Shown here: one piece after another, positions 42,203 to 52,275 of the stretch | Position numbering within the stretch: position 1 is the first letter of the stretch | Layout of the letters: each line of letters begins with the position of its first letter | NCBI GenBank assembly: GCA_963708075.1 | Contig: OY970194.1 | Location: forward strand, 2,144,001 to 2,208,000 | Reading direction: 5' to 3' | Source of the DNA: Sedimentisphaerales bacterium | GTDB lineage: Bacteria; Planctomycetota; Phycisphaerae; Sedimentisphaerales; Anaerobacaceae | DNA: 64,000 nt | The notes under the pieces: model-generated | The model's input: the letters and a program-made list of their open reading frames with translations, nothing else | The model's database searches: none | What the model was told of the DNA's origin: nothing | Translations under genes and position numbers: made by a program

Positions 42203-44983
42203 TCACTTCTTGACGGCTTTGACGGCGGCTTCGGCGTCGATCCGGCCGTAGCCGTAGTAATCATTTCGACCGGAGACGTAAGCCGTCTCTCCGATCTTCC
42301 GGCACGTCTGTCGCATGATCGTGCGGACCTCCTCGGCCGTCAGATTCGAGTTCTTCGACAGCATGAGGGCCGCTACGGCCGATGCCAGCGGCGTCGCGGA
42401 GGATGTGCCGCCAAATGTAAACGAGTAGTTGCCGGGCTCCTCCCCCGGCTCCCCCATGAGGTCGGTCGTCGTAATGCCTTTCTCGCCGCCATTGCTCGGC
42501 GCCACGAAGTCCAGCTTGGGGCCATACTGGCTATAGTAGGAACGGACGGCAGCGTCGGTGCAGGCGCCCACCGCGATCGCATACGGACTGTTGGCCGGGT
42601 AGGAGACCTCCAGGCTCTCCCTTCGAATTCCTGAGAATTTGCGAGCCAGGATCCAGTCCACAAAGAACCGCACCTCATCGCCTGAGCCGAGCCACATCAA
42701 TGGCACGGACTGCGTCACTTCGGCATTGCCCTGAGAGCCGGACCAATCCGTGGGCTGGCTGCTGCCGGAAGTCTCCTCGCCGATGATGGCCCTCGTCTGG
42801 TCCGCCATCCAGAGCATACACAGGCCGCCATAGTCCGTGCCCGATGCGCTGATGGAGATGTCCACCGCAAGGTTATACGCCGGGTCGTACATGAACTCCT
42901 GCGTGAAGTCAAACCGCACGAGGTTCACCATCGTGGCGTAGTCCAGCTCGAAGGCCGTCCCGACGTTCAGAGGTACATTCTTCGCCTGAAGCACAGTGGT
43001 CCAGCCGGTGTTATCCCAAGTGGGTTGGTAATAGGCGTTGCGGCCGTTCGGGATTTGTTTCAGACGAATCGTCAGAGCGGCCAGCCGCTGCCGGGGCGGA
43101 TCGACAAGGTAGAACTCGGCGAATCGCAAAGGCCGGGCAGGCATGGGCTCATATTCATCCCAGCCGAGTTCCTCGCGCAGGCAGATGAACTGCATCCGGC
43201 GATATTTCGCTCCCAGGGGGCTGAACGGCCACTCTGACTGGCCAAAACCCCAATCGACCAGGTCGTACTGTCCCACCTGACAAGAGTAGGATTCCTCCGA
43301 CGAGGGCCACAGCCAGAACTCCATGTCACCTTCGGTCAACGTCTGGGTCGTTGCGAGGAAACTATGGCCGCGATCACGAATCGGCCCCGCGCGCACCGAC
43401 CGCACGTCCTCCTTGTCCCTTCCAATCAGGGCGTGGTTACCATCGACCTCGTCCTGTACACTGATCCACGGAGCGTCGCCGCCGGTGCTCCAGCCGGCGG
43501 GAAGCGTCTGTCCTTTGAATCGCTCTATGCTGCCGTCGGGCCAGATGACCGCGTCCAGCCAGACGGTGTCCTGTCCCGCGGACCCGGTTGCACTCTTGAT
43601 GTATTCCCACCGGAAATCGTACGTGCCCTTCTCGAGCTGGCTCACATCAACCGCGTACCAGCCCATGGCATCGTTTCCCGCGGCGCAGAGCACCGGACAG
43701 CCCTTCCCCCCGCGTCCCTTCCGGGCGGCGTAGGCCAGGGCCGAGTTGGTGATATTCGTCTCGGAGAAGCCCAGAGACATGGAAATCACATCGGCCCCGC
43801 GCCAGGTGCCCGTGCCGTTGGCGGTTCGCCCTGCGGCGTAGTAGATCGCCTCCGCCACGGCCGGATAGAGGATATCCGTTGCCATCAGCTCCACACCGGT
43901 CTTGAGCACTTTCAAAGGCATCAGCCGGCAGCCGAATGCGCCCCCGACCACTCCCTTGCCGTTATTGCCGCTCGCCAGGGCGACCCCGGCCACCTGCGTC
44001 CCATGGGTCTCATCTGCATCGGACGGGCTCGGATTGTTATCGTTGTCGTAGAAGTCCCAGCCGTTGCAGTCGTCCTGCCAGCCATTCAGATCGTTGTCCT
44101 TCGCGTCACCGCTGATTTCGCGGGTATTGCACGGCAGGGCATCCTTCAAATCCTCATGATCGGTTTCCACGCCGTCATCGATGATAGCGATAATGACCTG
44201 GTCGCTGCCCCTGACGATGTCCCAGGCCTGTGGCGCGTTGATGTCTTTGAGATGCCACTGATTGGGATCGAAAAGTGGGTCATTCGGCGTGAATGCCTGC
44301 CTGGCTACCTCCCCCGTGAACTCCGGTTCCACCCATTCGACGGCAGGGTCCGCCGCGAGCGTCGCACAGACGGCGAACAATTCCTCGGCCGTCGAGTGCA
44401 CGGCGGAAAGGACATACTGGTCATCGGTGCCGCGGATTCGCCGCTCCAGCCGGGTCCCCAACCGCTGATTCATGGCCGCGACCTCGGGCTCGAAATAGCC
44501 TGTCGCCAGCTTCACGATGACGTTTCCCGTGGGGATCATCTCCAGCCCGCTGATGCCGTGGACATACACGGGGACCACATCACCGAGGTCGGCCTGTTCC
44601 TGAAGCCGCCGCAGCGATTCGGTCTGCTCCTCCAGCGACTGGAATTTCCTGGTCGTCAGAATCGTCGCTTTCGCCTTGCTGATCCGTCGCTCGATGCGGT
44701 AGGACCGATCGCCTGCCCGGATCACATCCGGGATCGCCGCCGCCGCGATCTCACGACTATCACCGTGCAGGACAGCCACCTTCTCGCGAGACCGAAACAG
44801 AGGAATCTCCCGCTGTCCAACGCGGAGTGACTCGCCCGCATAATACGCTCCCTCGGGCCTGCCCCCGGCGTGCCCGGCGGAGCTTGCAGCCACGGATACG
44901 TCCTGCGTCACCGCGCAGAAAACCAGCCCGATACACATTGCAGCAGAGAACAAGCCCAGACGACCGGGAACTGATGCTTTCAT
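42203..44983 (-). CDS. Secreted S8 subtilisin-like protease with ~350 aa insertion in the catalytic domain
   Basis: IAIIDDG, THGTQVAG, AAGND, then the insert, then YPANSPYAIAVGA and FGGTSSATP; signal peptide. Confidence 0.92.
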   Translation of the reverse strand: MKASVPGRLGLFSAAMCIGLVFCAVTQDVSVAASSAGHAGGRPEGAYYAGESLRVGQREIPLFRSREKVAVLHGDSREIAAAAIPDVIRAGDRSYRIERRISKAKATILTTRKFQSLEEQTESLRRLQEQADLGDVVPVYVHGISGLEMIPTGNVIVKLATGYFEPEVAAMNQRLGTRLERRIRGTDDQYVLSAVHSTAEELFAVCATLAADPAVEWVEPEFTGEVARQAFTPNDPLFDPNQWHLKDINAPQAWDIVRGSDQVIIAIIDDGVETDHEDLKDALPCNTREISGDAKDNDLNGWQDDCNGWDFYDNDNNPSPSDADETHGTQVAGVALASGNNGKGVVGGAFGCRLMPLKVLKTGVELMATDILYPAVAEAIYYAAGRTANGTGTWRGADVISMSLGFSETNITNSALAYAARKGRGGKGCPVLCAAGNDAMGWYAVDVSQLEKGTYDFRWEYIKSATGSAGQDTVWLDAVIWPDGSIERFKGQTLPAGWSTGGDAPWISVQDEVDGNHALIGRDKEDVRSVRAGPIRDRGHSFLATTQTLTEGDMEFWLWPSSEESYSCQVGQYDLVDWGFGQSEWPFSPLGAKYRRMQFICLREELGWDEYEPMPARPLRFAEFYLVDPPRQRLAALTIRLKQIPNGRNAYYQPTWDNTGWTTVLQAKNVPLNVGTAFELDYATMVNLVRFDFTQEFMYDPAYNLAVDISISASGTDYGGLCMLWMADQTRAIIGEETSGSSQPTDWSGSQGNAEVTQSVPLMWLGSGDEVRFFVDWILARKFSGIRRESLEVSYPANSPYAIAVGACTDAAVRSYYSQYGPKLDFVAPSNGGEKGITTTDLMGEPGEEPGNYSFTFGGTSSATPLASAVAALMLSKNSNLTAEEVRTIMRQTCRKIGETAYVSGRNDYYGYGRIDAEAAVKAVKK

Positions 44984-45200
44984 CGTATGTCCCCCCAATT
45001 CGATACGGACAAACCGCTCCTCAATCGCCACCTCGCTCAGTCTCGTCCTCCTCATGCAGAGATCACGAGAACAAAACGGACCCACTCAGCATCGTTCTTG
45101 GATACCTATTATATACAGCGGAAGATCGGGAATCAACCTGGATCTGTCCGCGCGGCGGCCCAGGGTGCGACTATGTTTCGTGGGCGAACAGCCCTCTGTC

Positions 45201-45296
45201 TGCCATGCTGAGCGAAGCGAAGCATCTGGCCCACGAACGGAACCAACGCTTGTTACCACGCTCAGCCCAGATCCTTCGCTGTCGCTCAGGATGACA
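45201..45296. repeat. Palindromic repeat element
   Basis: TGCCATGCTGAGCGAAGCGAAGCATCTGG ... CCAGATCCTTCGCTGTCGCTCAGGATGACA, inverted arms. Confidence 0.75.
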
Positions 45297-45341
45297 GGGT
45301 GGACGCTTGGCCCCCCCACGAAAATTAGTCGCACCCGCGGC

Positions 45342-46151
45342 TCATCGCCCTGGGGCGGCTTGCTGGTTCGGATCGGCTGGACTGAAGGACGCGGCGGCTT
45401 TGACGTGGCCGTGCCGATCCGGCAGGAAGGTCAGGATAGTATCCACCAAATCCCGGGCGGCCAGTCTCGCCGATTGCTCGGATCCTGAGCTGATCTGGAC
45501 CTGCGCGACGTAGCGAGCCAAGTCTCCGGAGATGTTGGGGGTCCGGTCAAAGACGCCGGAGAAATCCCGCTCCCGGAGAGTGATCTGCCCGTTCAGGACG
45601 TAGAAACTAAGTATGAACACCTGTCCGTATGCCGGGGCGGGTTTGTGGAACTGATGGCTCAGGCACTTGATCACCTGCCCGGAACAAGTGGTGACTTCCG
45701 TCGGGGTGGTATGATCACGGATCCACCCATGAGCGGGAAAACAGACATCCGGCCGATGCCCCAGTAGTCCGCTGGGATATGAGGAGCAGTAGACCACGTA
45801 GACGTCGGCCCAGGCCCCTTCCGCTATGTTCGTGTATCGACGACTGACGTAATCGTCGGCAAAATTGGCCCTCATGTACTCCTCGGTCGTCGACGGAAGA
45901 GCCACTTCCCGGCCGATCCATGGGTCAATCCGCATCGGAATAGTACTCAGGGGCATCGGCAGCACCACCGGATTATCACGGATTTTCTGCAATCCGGACG
46001 CTGCCACCCGATAAGCAACGCCTGCACCGATCAACAGCACAAAGGCCACCACGCCGGCTAGCCAAATCGACGCGCCGGACGTGTGCACACCCTTCACCGG
46101 CGCCTCCCATGCAGGCCCGCCTGCGGACCGGTCGGTATTGGAGTACGTCAT
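45342..46151 (-). CDS. Exosortase-associated EpsI-family protein
   Basis: N-terminal TM; PLSTIPMRIDPWIG, DDYVSRRY, HRPDVCFPAHGW, SFYVLNG, YVAQVQIS. Confidence 0.75.
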   Translation of the reverse strand: MTYSNTDRSAGGPAWEAPVKGVHTSGASIWLAGVVAFVLLIGAGVAYRVAASGLQKIRDNPVVLPMPLSTIPMRIDPWIGREVALPSTTEEYMRANFADDYVSRRYTNIAEGAWADVYVVYCSSYPSGLLGHRPDVCFPAHGWIRDHTTPTEVTTCSGQVIKCLSHQFHKPAPAYGQVFILSFYVLNGQITLRERDFSGVFDRTPNISGDLARYVAQVQISSGSEQSARLAARDLVDTILTFLPDRHGHVKAAASFSPADPNQQAAPGR

Positions 46152-46380
46152 AATGAGCATCCTCAATGTCAGCTCTGAGTCTTGGACTCTTGTCTTATGT
46201 GTACATCTATCGCTCTCATCGACCGTTTGTCAACTGGGCATTCGACGCAGGCGGCAGGTCCGCGACAGGCTCGAACCTCAGGATCGCTCCGGTTTGCGTC
46301 GTTTTCCTCCGCTTTGTAGGGTTTACGTAGGTTTGAATCGACGCATCCTCGTTTCCTGGGGGGTCAGGATAGGAGAACGA

Positions 46381-47160
46381 ATGTCAACGATCAGTGGACC
46401 ACAGGCAAGACTGCACGCGCCGGGCAGGTCCCATAAGCATAGCGGCTCCGAAAGCCTCGTTGAATGGGCATCCCATCTCGAGGCCGTGCAGCCGGCCTGC
46501 GCTTCGGGCGTGAGACATTCCGCGTCACTGGCCGTCGAGACGGGGGTGGTGGCCGTCGGCACCATGGCCGCCATTCGATTTCTGAACGTGCCGCCTGCTC
46601 TGGAGCTCAAATGGCTCCTGATCCCGTGCCTGCTGGTCATCGCCGCCCTGCTGCCGACGTGGCTCAGAGGGCGTCAGTTCCCTTCCATGGGCCTTGACCG
46701 CGAACACGCAGGGGCTTCGCTGACTTTGGTGTGCCTGACGTGCCTCTGTGCCATTCCGGCCGTCTTTCTCGGCCTCTGGCTGATGGTCCGAATGCAACTG
46801 CCAATCCCTCTAAGACCGGTGGTTGCGGGGCCCGATGGCTGGTTTACGTGGCTGATTTACCAGTTCTTGTACGTGGCCGTGGCGGAGGAGGTGTTCTTCC
46901 GAGGCTATCTCCAGGCGAATGTCATGAAATGGCTCGGGGATACGCGCCCGGCTGCGCGATACGCCGCAGTCGTCGTCTCCGCCGGCTGTTTCGCGTTGGC
47001 ACATGTCGTCGTTCAAGGTCAGATAACCTCTCTGTGCACCTTTCTGCCGGGTCTCATCCTCGCCTGGTTATTCCTCCGGACACGTTCCCTGCTGGCGCCC
47101 ATCCTGTTCCACGGGCTGGCTAACGTCTCCTATGGCATCATTGCCTTGATTGTAATGTAG
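46381..47160 (+). CDS. CPBP/Abi (CAAX-type) intramembrane glutamic protease
   Basis: AEEVFFRGYLQ, FALAH, PILFHGLAN; several TM segments; GGAG RBS before ATG 46381. Confidence 0.9.
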   Translation: MSTISGPQARLHAPGRSHKHSGSESLVEWASHLEAVQPACASGVRHSASLAVETGVVAVGTMAAIRFLNVPPALELKWLLIPCLLVIAALLPTWLRGRQFPSMGLDREHAGASLTLVCLTCLCAIPAVFLGLWLMVRMQLPIPLRPVVAGPDGWFTWLIYQFLYVAVAEEVFFRGYLQANVMKWLGDTRPAARYAAVVVSAGCFALAHVVVQGQITSLCTFLPGLILAWLFLRTRSLLAPILFHGLANVSYGIIALIVM

Positions 47161-47339
47161 ACTTTCGATGGATGAGCCCGTGGTCGGGGCCCAATCCGGA
47201 TGGCTGATACGGCCCGATAAGGTACGGCTGTTCATACTGCCATCCCCTCCGGGGGCACAGACATCCCGGCTTTGGCCTCTTCTAATTAAGTGGGGACTTC
47301 TCTGAGACGATACAGTCCACTGGACAAACTCAGAAATGA

Positions 47340-48241
47340 ATGAGAACGATCATGAACGAGAAACATGCGTCAAGGCTCTTCTGGGCGATCAAGGCCCTGC
47401 TGGCCGGGATTCTGCTGTATGTCGCCGTGGCGGTGATCGTGACGCCATTGTACCTGGGCAGAGCGCTCAATCCGTTGCCTGCGGATGGCGATGAGCGCAA
47501 TCTGGAGCCGACCTCCACAGAGCCACGGAGCCGGCCCCCCGCCGACCTCTCCGCCATTCTCCAAAACGATCTCTTCGCAGGGGCAAACTCCCCGGTGCTT
47601 CAGACGGACACCCGCTCACTGACTTCTCCCAACGTCGCCTCGGTGGAGGACGAGTTGGGCCTGAAGCTCATCGGAGCCATCGCGGGTGATTCCGACACCT
47701 CTCGCGCTGTCATCCAGAACAAGGCAACGGGCCTCGCACTGCCCTACAAGATCGGCGACATGGTGGCGGGCGGAGAGATCGAATCGATCGAGTGTGACCG
47801 GGTGGTGATACGCTATGCGGGCCGACGAAAAGTACTGCCTCTGCAGAGCGGGGCTATCAGCCCGGCGAAGGGACGTTCCAGTGAGAGCAAGCCGCAAAGC
47901 GCCGAATCCGGAGGAAAGCGCGCATCGGCCGAGCAGCAGCCGCCTCAGAATCGGCCCCGCCTGGGCTATGTGCAGGAGGTGTTTCACAAGGCGAAGATCG
48001 AGCCATACGTGCGAAACGGCCGGACCGAAGGGCTGAAAATCACCGGTTCTCGAGGAGACGCCTCTGACCGGACTATTCGGTTCTCAAGAACGGCGATGTC
48101 GTCCAGACGCTCAATGGGCAAGCTCTCACCAGCAAACAGAAGGCGTTTCAAGTCCTCCAGAAGGCAAAGATGCAATCGAAGTTACAAATCGAACTGCTTC
48201 GCGATGGGAAAGCCAAAGAGCTATCATTCGATCTGCAATGA
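47340..48241 (+). CDS. gspC: T2SS protein GspC (TM, HR, PDZ); two +1 frameshifts at ~48047 and ~48081
   Basis: LGLKLIGAIAG...SRAVI...YKIGD...RVVIRYAG; after removing one T from each GGTTCTC the frame reads GLKNGDVVQTLNG...IELLRDG...* (299 aa). Confidence 0.85.
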
Positions 48242-48254
48242 ATCGGAGAACACC

Positions 48255-50567
48255 TTGAATACTTCACGTCGTCATCCTGGAACGCTCGTGCAAGACACGA
48301 GCAAAGTGTTTTTGTGGAGCATCGCGCGGCCTGTGGGCCTGCTGATGCTTGCATCATGCCTCCTGGTCTGCACTAGCTGCGGCGTTCGACCCAAGCCGGT
48401 CGACGGCACCGAGGTCTCGCCCATTCAGTTGGGAACTCCTTCGGAGCAGCCGCCGGCCGAAGCCGGTGCGACAACCGTCGAGCCAGTCCCCGTCCAGCCT
48501 GCAAAGGAGTCGTCCCCTCCGCCCGGCATCACGCCTGTGGGCAGGAGCCAGCCGCGGGAGGAGCTGCTGCAGATGACCGCCATGGATCTGTCGCAGCGAC
48601 AAGTGCAGCGGGTAGAGCCGGCCAAGCCGATGCAGGGGATTGTGCCGGTCAAGCCGGCCCAGCCTCCCCTGAAGCAGGATGCCGCACCGCCGGCAGTCGA
48701 GCTGGCGAAACCTCCGGAAACGCTGCCGCTGCAGGTGCAGACGTGTGACGTCGAGATGCCCCTGCTCAAGAAGCCCGGGATGGCGGATCAACTGGTCTCC
48801 GTCAATTTCGACAACGTGGACATCCGAACCGTCCTGAAGACCGTCGGCGAGATCACCGGGATCAACTTCATCCCGCATCAGAGCGTAACGGGCACGGTGA
48901 CGGTCATGTCGCCCACGCCCATCCGCCTCGGCGATATCTACGCGTTCCTGCAGTCCATCCTGGATGTCTACGGGTACGCCGCCGTGGAGACGGACAACGC
49001 CGTCAAGATCATCCCGAAGGCGGACGCCGCCAAGAACTCCGTGCAGGTCCGTATCGGCGCCGACCCCGAGTACATTCCGAGGAATGACGCCATTGTCACG
49101 CAGATCATCCCGCTGAAGTACGCGGATGCGACGGAAGTGAGCCAGCTCATTCAGCCTGTCCTTGCCACCGGGGCCCAGATGGCCGTCTATACGAGGACGA
49201 ATTCCATCATGGTCACGGACACCTCGGCGAACATCCATCACGTCGCCCAGGTCATTGGCCGGCTCGACGTCGTCGGTTCCAAAGAAAAGGCAGTCCTGCT
49301 GCCTCTGACGCACGCCTCGGCCAGAGTCGTCAGCGAGCAGATTACGCAGATTCTGGAAAGGACGAGAGGTGGAGCCGCACAGGCCGCACGTCCGCGTCCC
49401 GCCCCGACACCGGGCCAGGAGGCCAACATCCTTCCGGATGACCGCACCAACTCACTCGTCATCGTCGCGGGCGAGCAGGACATCGAGATGATCACGCAGC
49501 TTGCCAAGCAGCTTGACATCGAGCGGCCGAACGGAACGAACAATGTGCGCGTGGTCTATCTCAAGAACGCCGACGCCAATGAGGTGGCGCGGTCCCTTGA
49601 AGCGACTCTGGTGAGCATGAAGCTGACCACCGCCGAGGCTGCCACGCAACAGATTCAGATCACCGCGGATAAGAGCACGAACTCGCTCATCGTCCTGGCG
49701 CCGCCTCAGGATTTCGAGGTGATCTCCGAGATCATCGACAAGCTTGACACAGTTCGCGAGCAGGTGTTCGTCGAGACACAGTTCTTGGAAGTGACAGAGG
49801 AGGCGTTGCAGGAGATCGGTGTGGATTGGGCCACTCTCGATGAGGCGGTCGCCGACAGCATACGCGGCTTCGGATTGACGAACCTCGGGCCGCGGGCCGC
49901 CTTCATCAATGGCACTGCCGAGGGGCTCTCCGTCGGCGCATGGAAAGGGACGGCGGGCAACGTGCGCATCGGGGCCATTCTGCAGGCGCTGAAGAAGGAG
50001 TCCGGTGTCAACATCCTTTCGACCCCGCAGATCCTGACCTCCAACCACCGCAAGGCGATCATCATCGTCGGAGAGAACCGTCCGTTCGTCACCCAGTCGA
50101 GGATCACCGAGAACACGGACCCCGCCACGCCCACGGTCATCCAGGGCTTCGAATACAAGGACGTCGGTATCACCCTTGAAGTCACGCCGCACGTCAGCCA
50201 GGGCGGGTTGATTCGCCTGGAGGTCAACAGCGAGTTCACGAAGCTGATTGAGGACGTGGCTACGCAATCGCTGAACACGCCGGTGACCGCCAAGCGAACG
50301 GCCAAGACGGCCGTGACCATGAGCAGCGGCGCAACCGTTGTGATCGGCGGACTCATCCGCGACGACAAGATCCGCACTACCAAGAAGATCCCCCTGCTTG
50401 GCGATCTGCCCCTAATCGGGGTGGCATTCCAGTCCCAGAGGGACCGTACGCAGAAGACCAACCTGCTCATCTTCATCACCCCGCACGTCATGACGAGCCA
50501 GGAGGAATTGGAGCAGATCACCAATACCAAGCGGGAGATGATGCCGGAGTTCGAGGCAACCGAGTGA
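48255..50567 (+). CDS. gspD: T2SS secretin GspD, probable lipoprotein
   Basis: VNFDNVDIRTV, IIPLKYADA, DDRTNSL, YLKNADA, NILSTPQI, YKDVGITL, KIPLLGDLPLIG; lipobox-like LLVCTSC. Start uncertain (TTG 48255 after GGAG). Confidence 0.92.
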   Translation: MNTSRRHPGTLVQDTSKVFLWSIARPVGLLMLASCLLVCTSCGVRPKPVDGTEVSPIQLGTPSEQPPAEAGATTVEPVPVQPAKESSPPPGITPVGRSQPREELLQMTAMDLSQRQVQRVEPAKPMQGIVPVKPAQPPLKQDAAPPAVELAKPPETLPLQVQTCDVEMPLLKKPGMADQLVSVNFDNVDIRTVLKTVGEITGINFIPHQSVTGTVTVMSPTPIRLGDIYAFLQSILDVYGYAAVETDNAVKIIPKADAAKNSVQVRIGADPEYIPRNDAIVTQIIPLKYADATEVSQLIQPVLATGAQMAVYTRTNSIMVTDTSANIHHVAQVIGRLDVVGSKEKAVLLPLTHASARVVSEQITQILERTRGGAAQAARPRPAPTPGQEANILPDDRTNSLVIVAGEQDIEMITQLAKQLDIERPNGTNNVRVVYLKNADANEVARSLEATLVSMKLTTAEAATQQIQITADKSTNSLIVLAPPQDFEVISEIIDKLDTVREQVFVETQFLEVTEEALQEIGVDWATLDEAVADSIRGFGLTNLGPRAAFINGTAEGLSVGAWKGTAGNVRIGAILQALKKESGVNILSTPQILTSNHRKAIIIVGENRPFVTQSRITENTDPATPTVIQGFEYKDVGITLEVTPHVSQGGLIRLEVNSEFTKLIEDVATQSLNTPVTAKRTAKTAVTMSSGATVVIGGLIRDDKIRTTKKIPLLGDLPLIGVAFQSQRDRTQKTNLLIFITPHVMTSQEELEQITNTKREMMPEFEATE

Positions 50568-50670
50568 GGAATATTCAAGAGGTACCAACGATAGGCTATA
50601 CCGTCGAGCGGCAGGCATCGCGTGGATTCGATTCCCGGTGCGTGCCCTCGCGTTTGTGAAGAGGGTGTAA

Positions 50671-52275
50671 GTGAGTCCCCAACTGGCTGAGCGAAAGAAG
50701 CTGCGAGAGCTGCAGAAGATCTCTGCGGAGCAGTTGAACCCGAACGTGGTGAAACGGCTGCCGTGGGAGTTTCTCAAGAAGCAGTGCGCCATCCCGATCC
50801 AGTTGGAAGGCGGCGAGATGGCTGTCGCTCTGGCGGACCCTCTGAACGTCGAAGCCTATGATGCCATCGTGGGCATCCTGGGCCGGCCGTGTCCCCGCGT
50901 CCTGTGCCCGGCCCCGGAGATCGAGCAGGCGATCAGCCGGTGCTACTACTACGCGATCAACACGGAGGAGAAATACTACAGCCCGGATGCGCCGGAATCC
51001 GCCACAGGCGGCGCAGAAACCAGCATCAGCACGGTCCAGACACATGCCGAGGACCTGCTCAGCATCGCCCAGAAGGCCCCGCCGGTTCAACTGGTCAACA
51101 AGATCCTGTTCCAGGCGATGCAAAGCCGCGCCAGCGATATTCACGTCGAGCCCTACGAAAACGAGGTGAAGATCCGGTTCCGCGTCGACGGCGTCCTGCA
51201 CAACGTGCTGACGCTGCCGAAGAGCCAGGTGGGTCCGCTCTCCTCGCGCGTAAAGATCATGGCGAACCTGAACATTGCAGAGCAGCGTCTGCCGCAGGAC
51301 GGCCAGAGCCGTGCGAAAATCGGCGAGGAACTCATGGACATCCGCGTCTCCGTGATTCCCACCGCCGGCGGCGAGCGCATCGTGCTCAGGCTGCTCGACA
51401 GGGGCCGGGGCAATCTCGGCCTGGAGGACGTAGGATTCGGACCTGAGCCCCTGCAGATTTTCCGGCGGCTCATCACGGTGCCGCACGGTATCCTCCTGAT
51501 CACGGGCCCGACCGGCAGCGGCAAGACAACCACGTTATACGCGGCCCTTCACGAGCTCAACGACCAGGAACGAAACATCCTGACGGTGGAGGACCCGGTC
51601 GAATACCAGTTGCCCGGCATCGGGCAGATGCAGGTCCGGCCGAAGATCAACCTGACATTCGCCAATTGCCTGCGACACATCCTCCGCCAGGACCCGGATA
51701 TTATCATGATCGGTGAGATTCGCGATCGCGAGACCGCGGAAATCGCCATCCAGGCCTCTCTTACGGGCCACCTGGTCCTGAGCACGCTGCACACGAACGA
51801 TGCCGCGTCCGCCGTCACCCGGCTGATCGACATGAATATCGAGCCGTACCTGATCTCATCCACTATTGCCGGCGTCATGGCGCAGCGCCTGCTGCGGGTC
51901 ATCTGTCCCGACTGCAAGAAGGCTTATCGCCTGCAGGAGGGCGCCGCCGTAACGGAGGAGCTGCGACGGCTGGGAGCTGAGAACCCTGAGTTGTATCGAG
52001 GCGAGGGTTGCGACAAGTGCCTGCAGACCGGATACCTCGGACGCACCGGCATTTTCGAGCTCATGCTCGTGGACGATGAGATCAAAGAGATGGTCACCCA
52101 GCAGCGCGGCTCGCACATCATCAAACAGGCGGCGATCCGAAAAGGCATGACGACGCTGCGGGAGGACGGTATGCGAAAGGTCCTGGCGGGGATTACCACG
52201 CTGGAGGAAGTCTACCGCGTCACGCAGGATGCTGTGCGGGCGAAGGATGAGGTGAAGCCGAATGCCTGCCGCTGA
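50671..52275 (+). CDS. gspE: T2SS ATPase GspE
   Basis: ASDIHVEP, RLPQDG, GPTGSGKTTT, TVEDPVE, LRQDPD, STLHTND, CPDC...CDKC. Confidence 0.96.
   Translation: MSPQLAERKKLRELQKISAEQLNPNVVKRLPWEFLKKQCAIPIQLEGGEMAVALADPLNVEAYDAIVGILGRPCPRVLCPAPEIEQAISRCYYYAINTEEKYYSPDAPESATGGAETSISTVQTHAEDLLSIAQKAPPVQLVNKILFQAMQSRASDIHVEPYENEVKIRFRVDGVLHNVLTLPKSQVGPLSSRVKIMANLNIAEQRLPQDGQSRAKIGEELMDIRVSVIPTAGGERIVLRLLDRGRGNLGLEDVGFGPEPLQIFRRLITVPHGILLITGPTGSGKTTTLYAALHELNDQERNILTVEDPVEYQLPGIGQMQVRPKINLTFANCLRHILRQDPDIIMIGEIRDRETAEIAIQASLTGHLVLSTLHTNDAASAVTRLIDMNIEPYLISSTIAGVMAQRLLRVICPDCKKAYRLQEGAAVTEELRRLGAENPELYRGEGCDKCLQTGYLGRTGIFELMLVDDEIKEMVTQQRGSHIIKQAAIRKGMTTLREDGMRKVLAGITTLEEVYRVTQDAVRAKDEVKPNACR

Noticed and set aside
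42610..43670. Intein in the S8 protease
   Set aside because: No N-terminal Cys/Ser, no His-Asn end and no LAGLIDADG motifs.
47340..50567. 1075 aa GspC-GspD fusion
   Set aside because: Two +1 insertions in gspC shift it into the gspD frame; the corrected gspC has its PDZ domain and a stop at 48241.
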